From Octopus sinensis (lineage: Eukaryota), in contig NW_021824954.1 of assembly GCF_006345805.1 (NCBI RefSeq), positions 372,001-436,000 on the forward strand: a stretch of DNA of 64,000 bases, in the 5' to 3' direction. Positions 26,568-40,783 of the stretch are shown in pieces (the first letter of the stretch is position 1; the number at the start of each line of letters is the position of its first letter). The position numbers and the translations under genes were made by a program. The notes under the pieces are model-generated. The model saw only the letters and a list, made by a program, of their open reading frames with translations, did not search any database and had not been told where the DNA came from.

Positions 26568-26652
26568 TATATATATATTATATATATATATATATGTATA
26601 TCTATGTGTATCTATGTATATATATATTATATATATATATATATATAATATA

Positions 26653-26688
<36 letters not shown>

Positions 26689-26738
26689 TGTATGTATGTA
26701 TGTATGTATGTATGTATGTGTGTATATATATATCTATA

Positions 26739-28083
<1,345 letters not shown>

Positions 28084-28274
28084 CATATATACATATACAC
28101 ACACACACATATATTATAATGGAATAATTACTATGAAGCATTGTGTAGAGTATTTTGTATAAAGGATCGTAGGTAAGGCCAGAATACAAGGTAAGTCTAC
28201 ATTAATCCACATATTTGTTTTCTTGCATTTACTCCGCATTGTTTTGGCCTTACCCACGATCCTTTATATATATA

Positions 28275-28992
28275 TACGGTTGGCAACTAAGTTCCCGTCG
28301 TTCTTTTAAATTTTGGAATTCATTGCATTTTTAAACTTTGGAATCTATTTTGTTTTTTTTCTAGTTAATTTTAGTTAATTTGTGTTTATTTTCAGAGTAT
28401 TAAGATGGAATGTCAAGTTAAGGAAAACGAGCATTTTTCACACCTCCTTTTTGCTTTGAATCAAGATTCTAAAGCTGCAAAAGCTGCTCGCGACATTTGT
28501 GCTGCGTATAGAGACGGTGCCATAGCTGAAAGAACCGCTCGTGATTGGTATGCCAAGTTCAAAAATGGAAATTTTGACCTCAAAGACGCACCTCATTCTG
28601 ACCGTCCAGTTGAGTTCGATGAAGAGCGATTAAACCAACTTTTGCACGAAAATTCTCGTCAAACGACGAGGTAACTGGCAGAGAAAATGAAATGCTCCCA
28701 CATTGATATAGAGAAGCATCTTCAATCGATGGAAAAGGTTCAGAAGCATGGAGAATATTTTAAGTGACAACAATAAAAATCAACGAGCCACAATCTCTGC
28801 TGCTTTGCTTGCTCGTCACCGCTCAACTCATGGTCACAAGCAACGATTTCTTTACTGAATCGTTACTGGCGACGAAAAATGGTGCCTGTACATCAACATG
28901 AAGCAGCGTAAGGAATGGCTTAGCCCCGGTAAAAAAGCAACACCGCGCATGAAGCAAGATCTTCATCCACGTAAAGCGATGTTGTGCTATGG
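28275..28992 (+). mobile_element. Mariner 5' half, truncated by the adjacent LINE
   Basis: End TACGGTTGGCAACTAAGTTCCC. ORF 28405-28674 MECQVKENEHF...DWYAKFKNGNFDLKDAP, then VTGDEKW...LHPRKAMLC, where it stops abruptly. Confidence 0.8.
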
Positions 28993-31900
28993 CACCGTTC
29001 TCCAACCTGATCAACCACGAATCCGGACAGAGCACGACGGTCAGGCGGTAGGTAACGACTGATGCGATAAACACATTGGCCACCTCCGCCCTCCTTTTCA
29101 GGGATAGCCACCGCCAAGACCAAGTCTTGACTACTGCAGCCACCCTGCTCAAAACCACCGTCCAGTTCTTCTCTATCTGGAGGCCTGGTCCAAACCAGAC
29201 TCCCAGCAAGTTAACAGGTCTCATAAATCTCAATAGCTTTACCCACTTCACGTAGGCGTGCTAATGTGGTTTACGCTGATAGTGATATCGTCCGCATAAG
29301 CTGTAACAAACCCCTCTAAACCTGGTTCTCTCGGGATGCCACTCAACCTTCGCAGATGGGCTCAAGAACCACCACGTACAAAAGTGGTGAGAGCGGAGAT
29401 CCTTGATGAACCGAGCGCCGGATGCAGAACGACTTCGAAAGGAAATCATTCACCCAACTATCGAGTCAATGTTGTGATATAAAGCGATAAACTACCTGAG
29501 GAAGCTAAGGCCTAGGCCGAACCGCGCAAGCACAGTCGCAGGTATCAATGGTCAACCCTATCAAAAGCTTGAGACTGGTTCAAATGTACCAATGCCCCAC
29601 CTTTGCCAGATTTTTCCTCAATCCTCTCTATGGTACAGGGAATAAGTTGGTGATTATCCTGAATGGTTCTGCCTGGGACGGCACATGTCTGTGCCTCTCC
29701 GACTATACCATTCGCGACACGCGCCATTCTTTTTGTTAAGACCTTGGCCAAAATCTTCATTTCTGCATTTAACAGAGTGATGGGCCTGAAGTTATCTAAA
29801 ATGTCTCCCTTGTCCGAGTCCTTTCTGACCAATGTCACTACTCCCCAGCTCACAGATCTGGGGATAAACCCATTATGTTGCCAGTTCGCGTACACGTCAG
29901 CCAGTAGGTGCCCGAACAAGTCTGGTATACATTTATACAGCTCGTATGGAAGACCATCAAGTCCCGGCGACTTACCCGCTTTACAGTCGGCCAAAGTTTC
30001 CATCACCTCCACAGGACTCTGCATCCGACCCCGAGAGGTACAGCAGCTCGGCAAGAAAGTCCTCCAGGACTCCACCACCATCAGGACCGCCATCACCCCC
30101 GAACAGCTGGGCGAGGTTCCCCCGAAAGGCCTCACTCATTTCCTCGGGTTCGTTTACCAATTTAGATTCGTCAAAGACCGAATAGTGGAACTATGTCCTT
30201 GTTGAGCTTCCACCACTCGGACTCATCCAGCGGCCTTGATTCTTTCACTTCCCATCGTACGTATCTTAGCTCTGGCAATACTTCCCATGTGTTGGGCTTC
30301 AAGAGGCTGGTTTAACTCTAGTCTCTTCACCTTCACTTGGTCCGCATTACCAGTCCTCCAGGCTTCTTCTAGTTCCTTCACTAGACTATCTCTTATTCTA
30401 CGTCCCTTCTTATCTAAACGTATGCTAAACCTAATAGTCTCATATTTTATGGTTCTTTTTAGGGCGTACCACCATTTGTTATTAATGATGGTACCTGTGA
30501 ATGCCTTCTGTATTAACATATCTATCCGCTTTCTGTACTTCTCAATCACCAAAAGGGACGCATTGTGTTTCCAGTAGCCAGATCCTTGTCTATACAACTT
30601 ATCTACTGTCAGCTTACAGGTAACCATCTTGTGATCACTGTAGCTGACTAGATAAAACTGTGGGCACTTAGCTATGGACTTATCTGTTTTTCTAATTAAA
30701 ATCCTATCTAGATATGTTCTGGAAGATCCGTCACTGTTTGACCATGTCCACTGTGGAGTGTTCGGGTGTTCCAACCTATATAGATCGGCTAGCTAAAAGT
30801 GACTTAGCAGATCCCGTAAGCCAGGGTTACATTCTTTATTCATGTTCCAGCCAACACAATCTGTGTGTGCGTCACAGATTGTGTTAAAGTCTCCTATCAG
30901 TATTAGCGAATGCGACGTGGCCAGGAACTTGCCCAGGTCACGAAAGTATTCACTTTGCGGGCCCATAACGTTGGGTGCATAAATTGCAACCAGCCTGATT
31001 ATCTTGCCACAACTGAATGTCAGGTCGAGAACGACCAACCTGCCTTCTGGATCAGAAAAAAAAACTTTTTCTCGGCTACCCAGTTTCTTTTTAGTAGGAC
31101 CAACACCCCACCCCCACCTCCCGCCTGACTCGGAGAAACGTATTTCTCATAGCCTTTCAGGAGAGGGAGCAGATCTCTTGGCCCCTTTACTAGGGTTTCC
31201 GTTGCAACAATCACATCCAATTTTCTTGATCTGATGTCATTTAGGAAGCAAGCACCCTTGCTTCCAGCTAGACACCAGGCCACGAACATTTACACAACCA
31301 ATGTGAATAGACATTACTTACATATTTAATCTGGGGTGTCCTGCGGAAAGGGACTCTCCACCATTTCTTGACATAGAACCGGAGGTGGCAAGTCTTTAAA
31401 AATGGATTGATTAAAATCCAATCTCATCATCGACACCGACTTTCTACAGGTGTTATAACATTATGAGTCTTTTTATCCACTTCGTAGACCTCGTAGTTCT
31501 TATATTTATCAGAAAGTTCTGCAATAATTGTGGCCGATTTTTTCGCTTCTATTTCTCTCATTAAGTCTTCATTTTTGCTGTATAACGCGACTATCCCCCT
31601 GTCTTCTGCTTCCTTCCTGACTATTTTTGGTTTGTCTCTTCGCAGTTTTTTGGTCTTAATTCGACCTGTTTTGGTTGATTTGAGCTTTCCATTTTTCTCT
31701 TGTTGTTAGTTGCTTTCTTTTCTTGTTTCTCTCTCTCTCCTCCTCCTCACCATCGGTTTCTTTCTCGCCGTCTCTACAGTGTGTTTTTTTTTAATGGACC
31801 AGCTGGCCACACTAGCAACACCGGGGCTTACGCCCCTCGACGAATACGTTGTGGAATTCCTTCCCAATTTCTATTTTCTCCGGTAACTGTTCTAAAATTG

Positions 31901-32485
31901 ACTGTTCTGCTTGTATTAGGAGGTGAACCGTTTGACCGGTCCAATAACCCTTTTCTGTGACAGTAGCCTGAAGGAATGTTATATTATCTTCCATTTTTGT
32001 CAGGACTGCCGCCATCAACCACATAGGGTCGACTTGAGGTGGGACCCTTGGTATACGTATCTTTGACGTCCTCATTCCCGTATATATTGGAATTAAAACA
32101 ACGTCCTCCTTTTCTAAAGATTTAACTGATGCATTTGTGCAGTTTCTATATCTTTTAGTCGTATTTCGATAGTACCAAACTTCTTCCCTCTGGCTAGGTA
32201 TGAGTTATCCTGCCAGATGGGTTTCAAGCACTTCTGAACTTTCTCTTCGCTCACTCGATCAATTTTTTTTTCCTTTTAGACAGTAAGATATAAAAATAAT
32301 TTTCTTTTTTCTAACATTAATAGTTCTTCCGGAGGCTGAACTTCACAACACCGTCTTCAGTTGTTATCACATCTTTGTACTTTATCAAGTCATTTTTGTT
32401 TGTCGACAGCTGGCGGGTTCCACCTCCAGCCGCCGACGCAAAACTTCTTTTTTGTTTATTTTCTTCTGTTTGAAGAAAACGCGTC
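28993..32485 (-). mobile_element. Tx1/L1-like LINE, 5'-complete and 3'-deleted (ORF1 plus APE-RT ORF2, degenerate)
   Basis: ORF1 RTSKIRIPRVPP with a decayed CX2CX4HX4C knuckle near 31800. ORF2 starts at 31314 (MSIHIGCVNVRGL) with motifs IYAPN, IGDFN, YLDRILI, SDHKMV, KSPGLDGLP, FRPITLLN, YADD. Confidence 0.85.
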
Positions 32486-32548
32486 AACACCGGTTGTCAA
32501 GTGATGGTTGAAAAACAAACACATATACAAAACACAAACACACATATA

Positions 32549-32696
32549 TATAAATACGGTGGGCTTCATTCAGTTACCGTCTACCAAATTCACTCGGTCC
32601 GAGGCTATATCACTTGTCTAAGGTGTCACGCAGTAGGAGTGAACTCGGAACCATGAGGTTGAGAAGCAAGCTTATTACCATACAGCCACGCCTGCA
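32549..32696 (-). mobile_element. SINE family A head
   Basis: Minus strand TGTGCAGGCGTGGCTGTATGGTAATAAGC...GGTTCCGAGTTCACTCC. Confidence 0.7.
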
Positions 32697-33439
32697 CATA
32701 TGTTGCTTTCATTTTCTTTAAAACCTCGTCTGGTAATGTTTACTTGCATTTTAAGTTACACAAAATGCTAGCTTCCAAATCCTGTTTTCTGATTGGGTAA
32801 AAACGATCAGACCTCTGTAACATTTCCCTAAAATTTTCCTGGAATAAATATATTACAAAATATATAATGAAAAACTACATTAATATACCAAATTTGAAAA
32901 TTTTCACTTAATTTTAAGATGAAAAAATCTTTGACAGCAACAGAAAAAATCTTTTTCTCCCTGTATTTGCATATCTCTTTCATTTTTCGCTTTTCTCATT
33001 GCAAACTCTTTCCTCTGTGCATGTGTGTATGTGACAGTGTGGATAGGGGCTGGTGACTTTGACGTGTGGATGTATGCGTGTGTAAGTGTGTGTGCGTGGA
33101 TGATGGTGTGTGTTCTGGGAAGTGGTCAGTGCTAGTGTGTGTGGAGTGGCATGGGGTGGTGTGATGTGGTGTGGGGTGGCAGTGGTGGGGTGGCAGTGGT
33201 AGGGTGTGGGAATGTGGGGTTGGGTGTGGTGTGGGTTTGGGTGAGGATGTGGGGGTAGGGTTTGGGTATGTGGGAGTGGAATGTGTGCGTGGGTAGTGTG
33301 GATGGAGGGGTATCAATGAAGGGAGAAGGTAGTAAGAGTGAAGAGAGGAAGTAGGTGTCAGATGAAGAGAGGAGAGGAGGGGAATCAGATGAAGAGGAGA
33401 GGGAAGTTGAGACCATGTGGCACAAAGGAGTGAGGAGAG

Positions 33440-33765
33440 AAGATTAATTCTTGTTCACGGCGAAGGCGGGAGTCCGGATGGCCCCTGTACAAAGACAATC
33501 TGAACAGAGACCGGTAGAGCGGAAATGGCGCGAGAACGGGGTGTCATTGCCCAGTCTAACGTCTCGGAGGTGCTCCGGGAGCCGGTCAGCCAAGTGGCGT
33601 CCCGTTTGACCGATATACAGAGAAGGACAGAAAGAGCAGGTGATGCAGTAAATAACATTGCTAGAAGTGCAGGTAAAGGAGTCTGATATGAGAGGAACGA
33701 TGATGGGTGCCTGTGAGGATGGTGGTGTTGGAGAGGTAGGGGCAAGTGCGGAAGCGTGGGCAATT
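33440..33765 (-). mobile_element. Penelope-like element fragment: Zn-linker plus GIY-YIG endonuclease
   Basis: Minus strand CPRFRTCPYLSNTT...(frameshift)FTCTSSNVIYCITCSFCPSLYIGQTGRHLADRLPEHLRDV. This frame is not in the ORF track. Followed by CT- and CA-rich tracts. Confidence 0.85.
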
Positions 33766-34526
33766 TACATGTTTAGCACAATCCTGGCAACTAGTACACA
33801 CACGCATAGACACACATAGACACACACACACATAGACACACACATACATAAGTACACATACGATGTATAAATATACTTTTTCATTGTACACATTTCATGA
33901 CTGTTGTTCCGTTTATTTCCTACGCTTTTCTCCATCGAGTGTTTTGTTTGTCTTAACTCTTTGTTGATTCACTTCGTTTTATTTCCATGTTATATCTCCC
34001 TGTCTCTGCCTATTTCTCTCTCTCTTTCACAAACACACACGCACACATACACATATTGTATATGCATGAATATATGTGTGCGTGTGCATATGCGTGTGTG
34101 TGTGTCAGCGTGTTCACACGTGTTTATCTTTGTGATGTATTTTGGTCAATGATGCCAACATCGACAATAAATTGATGTCTTAGAACAAGAATTACCCGCC
34201 AGGCAATTTTCTCACCCGGGTTGCACAGACACCTTGTAAGTCAAGGCGTCATAAGTGCAGCGGAAAACTTCTATATAGTCGATTGATCTGCTAAAATAGC
34301 TGCAACATCTCACTCAAATCAAATCATACAACTTTGGCAAAGAACACTATTGATAATGTAGTCCTAGATTATCTGCACAGAGAAGACAATCATGGCAAGA
34401 ATGCCTTTAATCAAAAGCTTAGACCATCAAACTTATGATCAAAGCCTTCTAACCATGACCGAGGACTAAGCATAAGTCACTCACTACAAACCAATAGCCA
34501 ACGATGCTGTTGTTCTCTATATGCAA

Positions 34527-36273
34527 TCTCTCTCTATATAAAACTGGGAATATGTGTGTGTGTGTCTGTCTGTCTGTCTGTGTTTCCCTAAAACTTGAGA
34601 ACTACACAAACAATTTCATTCAAATTTTACACATGCCTTACTTAGGGTCCATGTAGTTTCATGGGAAAAAAATGTTTAACTTCTTGCCTAGGGTGAGCCC
34701 ACAGCAATATCATATCTTCTCCACTACGATTCCATAAAACTTGAGAACTACACAACCAATTTCATTCAAATTTTACACAGGCCTTACTTAGGGTCCATGT
34801 AGTTTCATGGGCAAAAAAATGTTCAACTTCTTGCCTAGGGCGAGCCCATAGCAATAGCATATCTTCTCCACTATTTCAGTATTACGTGTTAAAAGTGAAA
34901 CAAAAACATTTCTCTATTTTATGTCAGATACTTTCACCTTGACAATAAAAATTAGAGATAATAATAGCAATTGAATTATATGTAGTAAGTAATAATTAAA
35001 ATCAAACTAAAGTATAATATAATCGTAACATAACAAAAGTAAAAATAGCAATTGGTATAAAATTGCATCAATGACTTGAACTTAAATAAGTGGTTTCACA
35101 TGAATGGGAATAAATTAAAAATAAAATCAGCGTGCAGAAATAGAATAGTCCAGATGGAGCTGTGCACATACCGTTTACCACGGCTTTTACATTAGATTAT
35201 CTGCTAATTAGCTAACATTAAGTATCTATATGAAGTTTGGCTTATGTAATGTCTGTTTTCTCGAACAGCCGCCTCTACTGAGTACTGCTGTTAGTTTATT
35301 TCTTTTACATAAAGGACTTCAACTGCGTACTGCTTTCTTGTTTACCGTAAGGTTTGTTGTTATTATTATTAGTTTAACTATTGTTATCACGTTTGTTGGT
35401 TCCTCGTAAAGGAAACGTTGTTGTGTTGCATTTGTTAAATAATTGTAAACTGTAACCTTCCGCCTTTGGGAGAAGGAGCTTTGGTTATTGTTTAAAAATT
35501 GAATTGTGTCCCTGTTTGGGGAAATTGACAATATTTTCACCGTTTATACGAAGCATTTTTGTTAGAATGCCTTCGATAGAAGAAAGTCCAAAAATGAATT
35601 TCTCTCCAGCCGTCGGCGGGCGCGAACTCATTAAAATTAAAATGGAAGAAATACAAACCTATTTCGGATTGATCACCGACAAAGACGGTGAATCTAGGAT
35701 AACACCACCAAACGAAATAAAAAATTAAATTAAAGAAAAGACTATTGTCTATAAAGTATACAGTGTAGAGATAAAAAAAGATTTGAACACCTGGAGGAAA
35801 GCACCATCGAAAAGTGTCTTGGTGCGACTATGAAAGATATCTAACCAGAGGCGGTAAATTTGCCACAATAGAAGCAAGGTTCGAGTCAACGAAGCGTGCA
35901 AGGGAGTACTCGACTCGAACCTTGCAAAGTGGAAATATTTTATTTTTACCTTTATATCTGGGACGTAGGACGTCACGGATAAAAATAAAAAATGTCCCTC
36001 CAGAAGTAGAGGTAGGCTGGATTGTAGCCACACTTCTATACAAGAGGGAGGACAAGATACAATTGATCGAAATTGCAAGAGACGGGCCTACAATTCCAGT
36101 CTGTTATATATTTTTAGTATTGTTATCACTAGCGATATCAAGATATAACTTTGTATTTTGTATTTTATGTGTAGATGTATATATATAGATGTACATGTAA
36201 TATGTACACATATATATACACATATATACATGCACTAGCACTATGACTCGGCAACGACGGGTCATAATGTTAG
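34527..36273 (+). mobile_element. Putative non-autonomous Helitron with internal 146 bp tandem duplication and LINE ORF1 fragment
   Basis: 5' end A|TCTCTCTCTATATAAAACTG plus (GTCT)n. Tandem units start at 34589 and 34735. 3' hairpin TATGACTCGGCAACGACGGGTCATA then ATGTTAG|T. Confidence 0.5.
35560..36095 (+). mobile_element. Tx1/L1-like ORF1 fragment
   Basis: GGKFATIEARF...RTSRIKIKNVPPEVEVGWIVATLL aligns by eye with ORF1 at 31812-32200 (GKKFGTIEIR...RTSKIRIPRVPPQVDPMWLMAAVL). Confidence 0.7.
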
Positions 36274-38739
36274 TATAACATAATCTTAAGACTGCATTCT
36301 ATAGGCTGAGAGTGTGTCTCGTTACACAGCGTTTGTAAAAGTCATTGACATTAGTTTCGTTGTAGTTGGGTACTGTTGATATTTCTGTTACAGAATAGCC
36401 CCAGTTAAAGCTATGATCGCGTAGATATTTGGCCAAATGCATTTCAGCTGTATCAATCTTATCTCCACATTTTTTTTTCATATTTATATGACTGTTGATT
36501 TAGGATCATATCAGCCAAAGTAGGCTGACCTTACTTAAGAGAGTAAGGTGTAATTTATTTTTTCAGACCACTGACACTGTAGGAAGAAATGTACCACCAA
36601 ACCGGGAATATGGTCCGATATCGTCAAACTGGAATCTGGCCTGAATGCTTCCAACAAACTGGACTCCACTAAGCACAGAGTGTTAAACCGAGCGATTAAT
36701 TAAATCTACCTCTCAAGAACTCAAAACACAAAATACCACGAGACACCGTGTGCGGCTTTCGAATAATTCCGTTAATCCATTATTTTATCAACTCCAAAAG
36801 TATTATTAAATGCAAGGATATCTGGGAAGGATTTGAACTGATATTGCGGCGAACTGGGGCAAATTCTGCTGCATATTTTATCCTACCTTCCAACAGCTCT
36901 CCTCGTTTACCACCAACTGAGTCAGTTTGGTTGTTATTTCTGGCAGGTGGTGCGTACATATAGATGTGCCTCTTTGATTAGAGATATTATTCTTGTTGAC
37001 TTCCAGGTCAATCCTAATGGAGCAGACTAGTGATCAAAGCATTTCAGCCGTGACCATCTCGTCTTTTTATGCTGAAATATATTGTAAAAAACATGCAGAA
37101 CATATGACTACGTCTTGTATTGATGGTGACGTTGTTGTTGATAATATTACTATTGTTATTTATATAGATGTTGTGACTGTTCTTGTCACTCTACTACCTC
37201 TGTGAGCGTTGTTATTATTGTTACTATCTACATTACAGGACAAAACTTCTCACGTTATTTAGTTACTTCACTTTACGTTTTAACGTCTAAATTTGCATTC
37301 AGGTGTCGAAAAAAAAGCAAACTAAAAAAGGTTTGTGATGGAAGCAGTGATTAATATATTCAACTTTTCCTTTCCCTTCAAAATGTATAGACTGTTTCGA
37401 TTATCCCTTTTCATACTTTCGAGAGTTGATAAAATAATTAATATGCATATACTCAGGACGAATTTCTTTTCTCTCACAAAATGTCTGACCTTCAATCTCC
37501 GTCGACGAGTTTAATTCCACGACTTACTTTTGTAGACATTTTAATAAAGTTTATCTTTTCATAAAAAGGTCAACTATTTCTATATATGCAGATCTAATCT
37601 CACAAGTTCATAAATATGATTAAGAATTTAAGAATATGCTAAAACATTGGGTTCTAACAAAAATTACAGTGGTGGAGGAGTATAATTATTTCAATTTACG
37701 CGAGTAGTGAACTGGCACGTCTTTATAATAGCTTCAGAAAGTTCTAAGGTAATGTTCACCCCAGTGAGATATGAACATAGAAAATAAAGGGAGGCAGCTA
37801 TACATCGGTTTCAAATTGTGGCACAAGGCTAGTAAGTTCGGGAGAGGGAAAGGAATAGTCGAATATATTAATCCCTCCTTCCATCACAAAATCATTGACA
37901 CTTCTCTTTTTTTTTCGACACCCGAAGGCCAATGAAATGCAAATTTAGACCTTGAAACGTAAAGTGAAGTAACTAAATAACGTGGGAAATTTTGTCCTGT
38001 AATGTAGATAGTAACAATAATAACAACGCTCACAGAGGTAGTAGAGTGGCAAGAACAGTCACAGCAACATTGGACCCAGTATTCAACTGGTACTTATTTT
38101 ACCGACTCCGAAAGGGTGAAATGCAAAGTCGACCTCGGCGGCATTTGAACTCAGAACGTAAAGACGGATGAAATGCCGCTAATCATTTTGCCCGACATGG
38201 TAACGATTCTGCCAATATTAATTGCCCTAATCATGTTCCCTTAATTATCATAATTTCAATAATTAAGATAACAGTTTCGAAGATAAAGGTAGAACGGCGA
38301 AGAAAATGCTTTGCAATATTTTGTTCCAGTTCTTTGCAGTCTGAGTTCAAATCCCGTTGAGGTCAACTTTGCCTTCCAACCTTTCAGAATTTCTCTTTCT
38401 CTCTCTCTCTATGGCTTAGTATAAGCTAGGTTGCAGTATCAGGAAGGGCTATGTAAAGGTACTTATAACTCACATTCACTAGAACTGGGGTAGGATTCAG
38501 TGAAGGAAAAGCTCTGTCTTCTCACGGAAAACTGATATACCTTAAAACATTACTAGAACGATGTATAACATAGTACAGAATGAAAAAAGAAATAAAATAT
38601 TGATATTAATAAATGAATAAAGAAAATTTGAGATGGATGCATATAAAAAAGTTGTAACATGGATCATCTGTTACATACAGATCATCTGTTACATACATCA
38701 TCTGGAATGATATACAGCTCCGCCGCCGCTTTACTCATA

Positions 38740-39630
38740 GTTTCCTTTTGCTACAGAAATAGCTTCCCTTCTTAAAATTTTAGTCTGGAGAAGAACCAGA
38801 AGTCACACAGTACCAAGTCAGGAGAGTAGGGAGCCTGTCGAACAAGTGGTGCGTTGTTCTTAATAAGTAAATCTTGGATTATGTGGGCGGGATGAGCGGG
38901 AGCATTGTCATGGTGAAGTTGTCAATTCTTCGTCGCCCACATCTCCGGTCACTTTCGACGCACTGCATCACGAAGGCGACATATAACCTCCAGGTAATAT
39001 TGGCTTTGTGGAACGTATTCATGATCCACAATACCACGGGAGACAAAGAAACAGGTCAACATTACCTTTCATTACTGCAAACATGTCGTGCTCTTTTAGG
39101 ATGCTTTCATTGGGAGGACTTAAACTTGGTTTCCGGGTCGTAACAATGAACCCATGTCTCATCACCAATGTTGATGGTCTTCGTGAAGTCTGGGTCATCG
39201 TTTGCACTGTCCAGCATGCCCTGAACGATTTCAATCGACTTCTCGTTTCGGCTTCTGTTTGGCCTGCTTGAGCGTGCCTCGCTTTCCACTGAGTTGTGGC
39301 CATATTTGAAGCGGTTGTACCATTCTTTGATCTGAGTTTTACCCACAGCATCATCGCCAAAGGCCGACTGAATCTTCTGAATAGCTTCAGCTTGAGTATC
39401 GGGCTTTTGGCAAAACTTGATGCTATATCTCTGCTCGAAGGTCATCTTATGTGACTACGAAAATCCGATAAGCGCGAACTACATGGATGTACACCAGGCA
39501 TAACAGCTGGGGACTGACGCAGTCTACCGGACGGGAAGAGTGGCGTCACATCTTACGCAAAGGTTTTCGCCCACGCTGCATTAGTTTTGGCGGCAAGAAA
39601 TAAATCGGATACTTTTTGAACACACCTCGT
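38740..39630 (-). mobile_element. Internally deleted mariner
   Basis: 5' TIR ACGAGGTGTGTTCAAAAAGTATCCG. ORF MTFEQRYSIKFC...IGDETWVHCYDPETK. PYSPDLVLCDFWFF near 38800. Confidence 0.8.
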
Positions 39631-39827
39631 GTGTTTGTTTTTTCAGATGGTGGATACTGTCGCAAATAGAGTGCGCACGCTCGCACACGTACATATGCAT
39701 ACGCACGCACGTACCCCACACATTTATGTGTGTGGATGTATGTATATGTATATACATGTACGTATATGATTAAATCTATATTTATTTATATTGTGTATGT
39801 GTGCCCCTCTCTCTCTCTCTCTCTTTC

Positions 39828-39901
<74 letters not shown>

Positions 39902-39910
39902 GCGTACATT

Positions 39911-40558
39911 ATAACCTTGAATAATAGCAATACCAATTTCAAAGATAAAATAACCAATTTGTACTATTAAAACAATTGATGTTGAGATAATAGAAGTATT
40001 AATTAATGAAAATGATAAGAAGTCACCGATTAGGGTTAAGATAATATGTCCAGCTCTAATGTTTGCTGCGATTCGAATTGCTAAAGTTAAAGGTTGAACT
40101 CTAATACTTATAATTTCAATTAGAGGTAAGAAGGGGATTAGAAACGAAGGAGTACCTGAAGGTAGAAGAGATGCGAGGGATGAATAGCTATTATTTTGAT
40201 AGGATGAAATGATTAATCTTAATCATAATGGAAATGAGAGAGAGAACGATATAGCTAAATGACTAGTAGTTCTAAATACATAAGGAATTAAGCCTAAGAG
40301 GTTAAAATTAATAATTATTAAAAATAATGATGAGATGATGAGTGAAAAGCCTCCTAAATTATTTCTAAAAGATCGAGTAATTTGGATGTTAATAATTTGT
40401 TTTGGGATTATTAGAGAGGAGTTGAAAAGTGAAGGAAAAATTCAGAATGAAGAATTGATAAAAAAGAGAGATCATAAGGATAAGATTCATGTGAGAGAAT
40501 GAAGATATAATGTTGTTGAGTTATGATCATCAAATGAAGAAAAAATATCTACTATCAT
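39911..40558 (-). pseudogene. atp6: ATP synthase F0 subunit 6 (NUMT copy, 3'-truncated)
   Basis: MMVDIFSSFDDHN...LAIRIAANISAGH...EIGIAIIQGY. Fully translated in code 5 with no stop; ends at the junction without a stop codon. Confidence 0.95.
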
Positions 40559-40559
40559 T

Positions 40560-40715
40560 TTATCAGTTATATTTTGTTTTTTTTGTTATTTTTTTTTGGT
40601 CTATTAAATGATATTTATTTTTATTATTTCATCATATGATAGATGAGTTAAGGAGAAGTAAAAATCAAAAGAGAAAAAAAAGTATAATTCAATTTAAAGG
40701 GGAAAGTTGTGGCAT
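40560..40715 (-). pseudogene. atp8: ATP synthase F0 subunit 8 (NUMT copy)
   Basis: 156 bp, MPQLSPLNW...KYNW*. Confidence 0.95.
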
Positions 40716-40716
40716 A

Positions 40717-40783
40717 TAAAAAGTACTATAAAAATAGTAATTTAAATTTGACAAATTTATGTTATTTTATTAACTAACTTTTT
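40717..40783 (-). tRNA. trnD: mt tRNA-Asp (GTC), NUMT copy
   Basis: Acceptor AAAAAGT/ACTTTTT; anticodon arm AAATTTGTCAAATTT. Confidence 0.85.

Noticed and set aside
40092-40100. atp6 VQPLTL instead of the commonly seen RPLTL, as a possible NUMT lesion
   Set aside because: Gln occurs at this position in other animals (human IQPMAL), and the essential Arg (AIRIAAN) is intact. Not diagnostic without the host mtDNA.
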